From Candidatus Micrarchaeota archaeon (GTDB lineage: Archaea; Micrarchaeota; Micrarchaeia; Anstonellales; Bilamarchaeaceae): DNA of 64,000 nucleotides. This document shows, one piece after another, positions 50,194 through 59,500 of this stretch. Within the stretch, counting starts at the first letter, position 1. Each line of letters begins with the position of its first letter. The notes under the pieces were generated by a model that was given only the letters and a program-made list of their open reading frames with translations, was not told where the DNA came from and did no database searches. The position numbers and the translations under genes were made by a program. The DNA is taken from NCBI GenBank assembly GCA_043821365.1, contig JBDRCX010000006.1, positions 480,001 through 544,000 on the forward strand, read 5' to 3'.

Positions 50194-50661
50194 TCACTTT
50201 ATCAAGTCTGTCTGTTCTGCATTATTAGACCTTATGATTTCTAAAGGAGCAATCTTTGTTAATGCGTTTTGCGATCCACCGCCACTATAAACTATTGTTT
50301 TTGTCATTACTGAAGTATCTATGAAAAAAATCGCAGCATATCCGAATGATGGAGTGCCTCCCATCGGATAACCTGTTTTTTGAAGTATCTCTTCAGCATT
50401 GGCAAATCTTAGTTTTTTTGTTTCAATTTTGAGAGCCAACTTTTTTAGATCAAGTTTTTTGTGTCCCGGAACAATGCAAACAATAAGTGAATTGTCTGTT
50501 TCATTAATTATGCATACATTTTTTACAAAATCTTCTGGAGTTGCATTTGCTGATGCAGCTGCTTCTTCTACACTGTGGCAGGAAGTCTGAAAAACAAGAT
50601 GTTCTGCAGTTATGTTGTTATTAGTAATATAATTAACTAATTTGGATTCGTATTCATTCAT
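50194..50661 (-). CDS. YbaK/EbsC family aminoacyl-tRNA editing protein
   Basis: HSVEEAA, FVKNV, GYPMGGTPSF, VYSGGG; likely start 50661. Confidence 0.88.
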   Translation of the reverse strand: MNEYESKLVNYITNNNITAEHLVFQTSCHSVEEAAASANATPEDFVKNVCIINETDNSLIVCIVPGHKKLDLKKLALKIETKKLRFANAEEILQKTGYPMGGTPSFGYAAIFFIDTSVMTKTIVYSGGGSQNALTKIAPLEIIRSNNAEQTDLIK

Positions 50662-50710
50662 TACATATTCAAGATGCCTTTTATTTATAATTCTAATTAA
50701 CAAAACCGCT

Positions 50711-50765
50711 GTCGCTGAAGGCAATTAAAAATTAGGCCAGCGCATCGCTGCGCTGGCAAGGCGAC
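50711..50765. repeat. GC-rich intergenic hairpin
   Basis: GCCAGCGCA-tcgc-TGCGCTGGC (50736-50757) inside an outer GTCGC/GCGAC pair. Confidence 0.5.
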
Positions 50766-50933
50766 CAGTTATCCTCCCATGCACTCAAAACGAGCGTGAG
50801 TACTTAAAAATTTTAGACCAACAATATATATAAATGTTATGGAATTTGTGTTCTTATGTTAATTTTCATGTTTTCTAGTTAAAATTGAACCGCAACCAAC
50901 CACTTTTTAACATTTTCTGATTAATTCTTTACC

Positions 50934-51524
50934 GTGACCAGAGACACTAAAGAACTTGTCAGGCGTGTTCTTGATCAAAGAGCTACAGCAATACGCGATT
51001 TTGCCAGTTCTGTTAGAGATGCTGTTTTAAAAGATAAGTTAACTGCTCCATTTAACATGCGAGCAGAAGGCCTAACTGCAATGTGGAATCTTACTCAAAT
51101 TCGCCGTGAAATGTCTGATGAAATTCATTCTTTGGCAATTCTATTCAAGGATAAGGAAGCTACTAAGGATGAAAAAACTACAGAAGATTGCCGCTTACGT
51201 ATTGCAAGAATCTCAATTGCAAGGTATTTTATTGATCTTGTTGAGAAGATGCAAAAAGCTTCTACAGAAAACGGAAGTCCTGCAGCCAATGCTATTTTTC
51301 AATCTGCAGTTAGTGCAATAAAGCATATCCTTGATGATAAATTTTTTACAAAAGATAAAGATCAGATTATTAATGATCATCTTGATGTTGAACCAGTTAT
51401 TGCTGCAGCATGTTCTGCATTTTCCATACCAACAAGTACTCTTTATGACGCAGTGGGAAGCCATGAAGGCAAGGTTGCTCAGGATATTGATAGAGAAATC
51501 GGCAGAATCAGAGCAGAAACATAA
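50934..51524 (+). CDS. Hypothetical helical protein, paralog A
   Basis: Shares a C-terminal motif with 51566..52078. Confidence 0.65.
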   Translation: MTRDTKELVRRVLDQRATAIRDFASSVRDAVLKDKLTAPFNMRAEGLTAMWNLTQIRREMSDEIHSLAILFKDKEATKDEKTTEDCRLRIARISIARYFIDLVEKMQKASTENGSPAANAIFQSAVSAIKHILDDKFFTKDKDQIINDHLDVEPVIAAACSAFSIPTSTLYDAVGSHEGKVAQDIDREIGRIRAET

Positions 51525-51565
51525 ATTTCAAAAGATTTTTATTCAACTAGGACGTTATCTTTTCT

Positions 51566-52078
51566 ATGCCAACTGATCCATCTGATATTCTAAATGCTCA
51601 TCAAAAGAAAAAAACAGATGCCATTGCATTTTTCAAAGAGCTTGCCCATATGAATTCTGGTCCAATCTCTCAAAATGTGATTAATATAGATAAAAATTCA
51701 AAATCACTTGCAGAAACAAATTTATTATTTGAAAAAAAATTGTCTGAATTTTCAAAATCAAATATGGATAGTCTTGCTATCTCTAGATTCTGTCTGGCAC
51801 TTTTTTTTATTGAACGTACTAATGAAATACATAATATTGTCTTAACTAAGAATGTGGGTGGGTTATACTCTTTATATACTTCTTTAAGAAACCAAGTTTG
51901 TGATTTATTAAATGAAAAGTATTATTCAGCTTCCAAAGATTATATTCTCTCTTTTTATCTTGATCTTGAACCTTTACTGTGTGCATCTTCTGACTTGTGC
52001 GAATTGCCTGTTCCTGAGATCACAACTATCATGGAAACTTACAAATCAAAAATTGCGGATAGACTTGAGAAACTCTGA
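51566..52078 (+). CDS. Hypothetical helical protein, paralog B
   Basis: Shares a C-terminal motif with 50934..51524. Confidence 0.65.
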   Translation: MPTDPSDILNAHQKKKTDAIAFFKELAHMNSGPISQNVINIDKNSKSLAETNLLFEKKLSEFSKSNMDSLAISRFCLALFFIERTNEIHNIVLTKNVGGLYSLYTSLRNQVCDLLNEKYYSASKDYILSFYLDLEPLLCASSDLCELPVPEITTIMETYKSKIADRLEKL

Positions 52079-52987
52079 TCATCTCATGTTTCTAATCCCA
52101 TTCCAACCAGGACTAAAATCTACTGGGTTTCCAATTTCTCTAGTGTGAAGCCCATTTCTTCCTATAACTCTCTCATAGAATTTCAATTCATGTGAATTAC
52201 TATCCATATAGAAAAATGGCGACCTCCCACTTCTAAAAGTAGAATAACCTGTGTTTATTCCATAATCCAAGCTTAACATTGCTTCAGGCATTAATCTTAC
52301 TTCAACCCCAAGTCTTTCATATTTCTTAACTAACATCCTTTGTGTTAATACGTCAATGTCGGTCATGTCTGTTTTTTTATCATAATATTTTGGTTGTATA
52401 AGTAATATTGGTCTACTACCATCATTCACTAAAAATAATCTTCTTCTAAATACAAAATCATCAGCACTGTCTTCTCTTGCAACTATCTGTTTTATCCATG
52501 GTAGTTCTATTGTGCCTACTACTCCGCCTATATGGAAAGTTGGTTGATGTGGTTCTTGGCAATTTGGATGTCCACGTACTAATCCACCATATAATGCAGT
52601 TTCAAAATCTCCAACTTCACCAACTAACAGATTGCCTATAGTGGCAGTTGTTTCTTGTCTCCATGCTACAAAAAGGGCTTCGCCTCTTTCTCTTCCCATC
52701 AAATTATGAAGTTCTCTACGGAACTCTTCTGAGAATTTGAATTCCTGAAATTTATGTGCTAAGTATGCAGAAAATGCATCATCAAGCACAGCTATTGCTT
52801 CTTGAAATGCCTCTTTTCTTCCTCTATAATCAATTCCAACATTTTTTGGGTCATTTAATTTTGTTAAATTTGCTCTTATTATACCAACGTCTGTAGTTAT
52901 CCTATCAACCACTACCTCTCTCCGAGAAAATTTATCTTGTGTATGTGAAAATTGCACTAATCTTTTTGGAGGTTGTCGTCTATCCAT
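52079..52987 (-). CDS. Stand-alone paralog of the giant protein's C-terminal domain
   Basis: FQEFKFSEEF, NCQ, TFHIGGVVGTIELPWIKQIV, RRRLFL, QPKY and SGRSPFFYMDSN are all mirrored in the giant ORF. Confidence 0.8.
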   Translation of the reverse strand: MDRRQPPKRLVQFSHTQDKFSRREVVVDRITTDVGIIRANLTKLNDPKNVGIDYRGRKEAFQEAIAVLDDAFSAYLAHKFQEFKFSEEFRRELHNLMGRERGEALFVAWRQETTATIGNLLVGEVGDFETALYGGLVRGHPNCQEPHQPTFHIGGVVGTIELPWIKQIVAREDSADDFVFRRRLFLVNDGSRPILLIQPKYYDKKTDMTDIDVLTQRMLVKKYERLGVEVRLMPEAMLSLDYGINTGYSTFRSGRSPFFYMDSNSHELKFYERVIGRNGLHTREIGNPVDFSPGWNGIRNMR

Positions 52988-53027
52988 ACTATTCTCTTGT
53001 TACGTAAAGTTTAATAATCTACCACAA

Positions 53028-53564
53028 TTAGCCTACTGCTGTCCTATTCCTTCCACCAGTTCCATACTGTCTTCTTCCGATACTTGCCCTTAGACCTAAA
53101 TCTGGTTTTTTGAGTACTCCATTCTGTCTTACTAAAAGAATTGCTTGTGCTGAAAACTCTCTATCACTAATCATCTTCAGTAGCTGTATAGTTGTTTTAT
53201 TAAGGGCAAAACCAGAACTTGTTACTTTTGATAGTAGTTCTAAACCATATTTTGTAAGTTCCTTTTTTGTTTCTTTATGTCCAACCATCTCAAGTGCTCT
53301 TGTCAATAATACCTGTCCACTAACTTCTACGAATTTCATCCAGTAATCTGTTGATGGAAATTTGTCAAACATCTCACTGATTTTACTAAGTTCTGAGGTT
53401 GAGGTTTCGCCTTTTACTACTGCCACAATTGTTTGGCCAATAATTGCAAGTTTTTTTACATTTTCATTATGATCTCTTGACAACACTTCAACAATTTTGT
53501 TTCCATCCACTTCTCCTGAGTACCATATTAAAGTGAAAAACATTGTTCTTGTATCATCATCCAT
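53028..53564 (-). CDS. Small helical hypothetical protein (candidate immunity protein or chaperone)
   Basis: Starts 9 nt after the giant ORF's stop; lies between the giant CT domain and its stand-alone copy. Confidence 0.55.
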   Translation of the reverse strand: MDDDTRTMFFTLIWYSGEVDGNKIVEVLSRDHNENVKKLAIIGQTIVAVVKGETSTSELSKISEMFDKFPSTDYWMKFVEVSGQVLLTRALEMVGHKETKKELTKYGLELLSKVTSSGFALNKTTIQLLKMISDREFSAQAILLVRQNGVLKKPDLGLRASIGRRQYGTGGRNRTAVG

Positions 53565-53572
53565 AAAACCAC

Positions 53573-56500
53573 CTAATCCTTAATCAGTTCCCCTGTGATG
53601 TCACGCCTTTCGTTCCAGCCTTTTTGAAATATGTCTGGCTGTCTGTATCCCTCACTTGTACCTGGTTCTCTATAATGCAATCCATGGCGTGCAAAGACTA
53701 TACCTTCTCTTCCTGCTCTAACTACATAACCATTACTATCCATATAATAATATGGCGATCTACCACTTGTGAATGTTCTATATCCTGCATTTGGACCAAT
53801 GTCATTTGCATATGCGTGATCAATGTCTCTTACTCCTATTCCCATCTCTTCATATCTTGTGCGGATGCTTGCCATTACTGCAGTATCTATTTCTGCCAAG
53901 CCTGGCATATCCTTTGCTCCATATTTTGGTTGTGCAACTAATATTGGATTGCCGTCGTCTCCTTGCATGAGGAATATTCTTCTTCTGTATATTATTTCCC
54001 CTGCTGGATTTTTGATCACAATCTGTTTTATCCATGGCAATTCTACTGTTCCAACTATTCCTGCAATGTGGAATGTCTGTTGTGATATATCTTGACAGGT
54101 GCGTTCTCCTCTAACTCGTCCGCCATAAAATCCATCTTCAAAACTTCCAGTTTCAAGTATAGTGTGGGTTGCATCTCCAACTGTTACTTGATCTGCAGTA
54201 TGATTCTGTCTCCAAGTTTCAAATATTCTGCTTCCTCTTTCTTCCCCAACTAAACTAATTAATTCTCCTCTAAATTCGTCGCTAAACTTAAATTCTTGGA
54301 ATCTTCCTTCTGCCATTGCCCTAATTGCTTGATCAAAAACAATAGCAGCCTCTCCGAAACCTTCTTGTGGTCCATAATAGCCAACCAAGTTTTGTGTTGA
54401 TCTTGGTGCAGCTTCCGTAAGATTACCACGATATTGTGTATAATCCATTATCAAATCAATATTTTCTAATATAAATGCAGCTGGAAGTTGGACATCAGAA
54501 GGTATGAACAATTTGCCAATTTCAGAACTAACTGTTTGTGTAAAAGCATCGATTGGAAGAACCCCACCATCGGGCCCAATGAGGTTTCTGCTTATCCTTG
54601 CAAGATCTGCGGGTGATACCTTTCCATCTAAGTATGCATTGTATATAAGGTCCATATAATCTATCTTCCCTCTTGTTCTACTACTTCCTAAAAATTCTGC
54701 TTTATCTGCTTTTGTTGCTCCATCTCTTGCAATATATTCCAATTCTGCTCCTACTAATCTTAACCATGGTTCTACTGTTGTGTTCCCACTTGAATTGAAG
54801 ATATTGTCCATTAAATCTGCAACTTGTCTGAAATTTGCATGACTTCTTAGTTCCTTTCTTATAGCATCGCTACTCAATGCACGCAATACTAAACTTCTTG
54901 GAACTGGTCCAGTTTCAGGTAGTAAATATGTTGCAAAAGGAAGCCTATTTGGTCTTACACTTAGTTGGTCTGCTCTATCTGCAGTTATATCACCAAGAAG
55001 TATTGTTTCTTGCCTTGTTTTTCTCCCAACCTTAACATCAACTCTTATAGCAAGTGCTTCACTAAGAACCCCAAAATCTAAATTGTCTAAATTGCTTCCA
55101 ATCAATTGCATATATGCTTCTCTTGATTCTGCAGTTGGAAGTCTACTAACATCATCAAATAGATATTCGAAAATATGTTTTACTACAGCTCCTCTTGCAT
55201 CCGGATCTGTTATCTGATCTAGTGGAATTCTATCGAGTAGTCTTCTGCTTGTTTCTGTTGCTTGCTCAAGCATTCTGAAACTATCAACATCAGTTGGCCT
55301 GAAATTATCAAGCAGTCCATTTCTAACTCCTGGTTTGACCTCATGTGAGAGCAGGGGTACTGGATCCACTCCAAGTAAATGAAGTTTTGCTGCAAATCCA
55401 AGAACATTACCAATTTGTCCTATAGTTATAAATCCTTCAACCTGCGCATAATGCAAATGTTCATCAAGTGCTGCAACTGTTCTTGAATATGCCTCAAGCA
55501 TCTGCACTCTTGTTTCTTCTGGTGCTGTTCTTCTGATTGTTTTTGCACCTGCCATGACAGCATCCCTCATCATCTCAGGACTGCTGGAAAGAGATTGGTC
55601 AAGTGTGTCTAAAATGTGTGTTTCTTTTGCACTATTAACTTCTCTACTTATTTCTCCTTCGTAATATGTGCGTAATTCTGCAGGTGTCATTCCATCGTCA
55701 GCTATTCTGACCAAGAGTATATTCTCTACGCCATCATATTCAAAATTAAACTGAACATTCCCATCTTCTCTAATTACTGCTTCATATGTTACTCTGCTTG
55801 GAAGATCACTTTCTTCCATCCCTAATATTGATCTGCTTGGTGGTTTTGTTACATCTGGTCTTTTTACTACGACTTCTCTTCCTGCATAAACATCATCTGC
55901 TGCTTGAGAAATTGGATTTCTTAATATTGTGGTTCTGTCTCTTCCATTTGTGAAATCAGTTGGCACATGTGAATCATCAGCAACACCAATCAAGTGGGGG
56001 CTATCTTCTGGTGCTCTGCTAGTATGGAGTCTTGCAGGGGCTGTTTTTCTAAGTGGATCTATTACAACAAATCCACTTCCTCTTCCATATGCCTCACTCA
56101 TGCTTGCATCTAAATTGGTAACATATCCTCCAGCTGCCCTAACTCCTTTTCCTCTGGAATGGCCAACATAAATATGATCAACACCAAGTGCTTCTCTCCA
56201 TTGAGCTGCAATCTCCTGGCTCATAATTGGTGCCCATCCATGCCTTCCTTCAACATATGCAGAAGAGTAATCTCCACTTTCCATAACTCGTATGTCTCCA
56301 AATACTGTTCCCCAATGGTTATCTGCAGTAGTAAATAATCTTTGGAAATGTGCATCCAACATTTCAGGACTTGTAATTAACTGCCCATCACTTTGCAATA
56401 CTGGTCCACCATGTGTGAAATAATTATTATCTATTATTACTGCTGCTCTTGACTGTTCAATGAAATGCATGAAACTTCCTTCTATTACTCTTCCTTGCTG

Positions 56501-59500
56501 ATCATAATTTTCATGTATGAAATTTTCCCAACTTCCATATCTTTCAATAATCGATTCAAATGTTTGGTCCACACCAACACGGCTCCACTGCTTCATGGCA
56601 CCCATTATGTCATCTGCATTGGCCTTCCCTTCAAATACGGCTCTAACCTCTTGATCGCTTGAACCTCTATAAAATTCTACAAATCTTCTAAACAATTCTT
56701 CATGATTGCCTCTCAATGCATGCACCCTAGTTCCTGTTTGCCCACCATCTGATTTCATCTGGCTTACTAATTCCACAACATCTACGCTTGTTGGTCCACG
56801 ATCAATATAATCTCCCATAAAAACAATCTGGCTTCCTTCTGGTAAATCTGGGTTTAGTCTATACCTCTTGGCAGGTGGAACATATCTTGGATCAGTTTTT
56901 GGCAATGTTCTTGGTATCCCTTCCATAGTGTCAATTAAGATTCCTTGTCTAAGGAATTGGTCAACAACACCATAAACATCTCCATGCACATCACCAATTG
57001 CTATTACCTGACGTGCATTTTGGATTACATCAACATAAGCACCTTGTTTCATGGTTGGTGGTGAACTTTCTATTGCTTCAAGGACTGTTCCATATCTATC
57101 TGCTATTGCAATTGCTTCATCTAAACTCCCAGTTCTAATTGCTTCTTGGTACGTTGCATCACTACCAAGTTGTTCAGCAAGCATTCTTTCGTTTGCAGTT
57201 CCTAATTTACTATCTTCAGCAATTAAATGAAGGCGGCGTCCTAATTTTGTACTTTCTGGTATCCTTTTTCCAAGTTGTTGTTCTTGTACTGCTAATTCTA
57301 CTTCTCTTTCTTGTTGTCTAACTCTATACCTATATGCATGGTCTGGTTCACCAGTTCTTTTTTGTACTGGTGCTAATCTCGGTGCATCATCAACTATTGC
57401 AAGTGACATTCCGTCTGGTGATCTTGTTATTGCCTGGCGCCTTATTTCAAATGTTCTACCCTCGGTTAATACAAAGTCTTGAAATGCTTCAAGCATATCA
57501 GCTCCACGTGGTTCTGGTAATCTCCTAAGTTTAATTACAAGATCCTCTACTTTCCGTAATTGTGGATTTTTTCTTATTACTTCAGTAATGTCCCTAAGTT
57601 TACCAAGCCCTAATCTTGTTAATGTATCATCATTACCTATTGCCATTGCAGCAATAATCGCATCTGCACTATCATAATTTTCTGAACCCCACAACATCCT
57701 CAAGCGTCCATTTGATATTGATGCCATTGCATCTGCAAAGTTTGCGTTTTCAATTGGTACTGCTCCTTGTTTTTGTACACTCATTTTTACTCCTGCACTA
57801 TGTAATTGTTCATCGATAACTCTTGCCATCACAGTTGCATCAGCAGGTGTTCCGCCTTCAATCACATATTTCATTGTTCCTAAACGTCTTACTGTGACAC
57901 CGTGTTCTGTTGCATATCTTGCAACTGCAGCTTCTACAGTACTAACAAGGTAATTTGCACCATCATGGCCAAGGAATGTATTGAATCCACGCAAACCAAA
58001 TGCATTTCTTTCTACTTCTGCATATCCTTTTCCTGTTATCTCTAAGTATGGTGTTTCAACTGTTCTTTCTACTCCTGGAAGTCTTCCTCCTATATCAACA
58101 TAAGCTTGATTATCATCTATTTGGAGCCTTACTTCAAATGCAGTTCCGCTAACTGTTTCTCCATCTCCAACCTGCCCTATTGATTCTGATAGTTTCCATC
58201 CAACTCCTGTTCTTACCCCTAATCTTTCTCTAAGTGATGGTGCAAAACTCAAAGAACCATCTTCTTCTGCTCTAGTTATTAGCCCTTCTAAAAACCCTAT
58301 TCTGCTTTCAGAACGCTGCAACATGGCATCGCTTCCATCAGCATGTACTGCAACTGCTCTTCCGTCTTCTGCTCTTCCAACTGTTACTGGTCTGCTAATA
58401 TCATATGATGCTTCAATTAATCTAAGTGGGTCTGTCATTAATGAAAGTGAATATCTTAATCTTCCAGAACCATCTGATGCCGTGCTAATTCTTTGGAATT
58501 CAGCATCAGTAACTGCTCTCATTTCTTGTCCTAGTCTTGTTCTAACGTCTTCTCCTTTTCCTTTTGGTACTATTATGATTCCTACTGCTTCATCCCCACC
58601 TCCACTTGGTGGGCGTATTATGTGTGCAGTTTGTTCTTGACTATCCCCAATGATCCTTCTTACTGCTCCTTGTATTATGTCTTGATAAACTCCAAGAGCT
58701 TGATCCCCAACTTCTTCTCCAAACATTTTATTGATCTGACTTAGTGATTTTTTATCTGGTCGTATTACGATGACATCCATTTCTTGTCCTTGCATTGCGT
58801 CCGACAGAATCACATCTTCGATTGATCTAACCATTCTTCCAATTGAAACTTCTTCGCCAGCAACAGCTTCATGTCCAATCAACCATTCGGGTTGCCCTGT
58901 TCGTACTAACTCACCATCAATCAACTCAACTCCTGCACGTCTGAGAACATGTCCAACTACATCATCAGTTTTGAAAAGTTCGCGACTAGGTCGCAATCTT
59001 ACAAATTCACCTGCTTCAATTGATTCTGGTTCAACTACTGGTGCCCTAGTTTCTGGTTCAACTACTTTTGTTTCTGGTCCTCTTGTTCTACGTCCTTTGC
59101 TAATAGGAGTAGGTTCAATACCCTCTGCTCCAACAGCAATTGGCATCGCTGTTTCAGTAACTCTTGCTTGTGCACCTACTTTTCTTGGGTGCCCAACCAT
59201 AAGTTTTATCACAATTGTTGGGCTCCCTTCTATATCTTGAGATACTGCAAAACATCTTGCTTTTGCTTCTGGTGTATCTGGTATCTCACCACGTATGGCT
59301 GCTTGATCAACAAGATCTTCAAATTTTATTTCTGCTACTGGTCTTCCTGTTCTTTTTGATGCTTCTAAAACAATTTCTGATGTTTCAAAGCCAGCCATTC
59401 TTCGTAATGCTTTCAAATTCTTTCCTGGTTTTGTTGGGCTGAGTTCTCCTCTTTGTATCCCACTGCCCATTGCTATTTTTGCTTCTTCAAATAATGTGAA

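Noticed and set aside
58560-58620. GGDE motif as a Cas10 palm domain
   Set aside because: No HD domain, cas genes or array nearby; the upstream IN..FG..VGD motif fits the diguanylate cyclase type.
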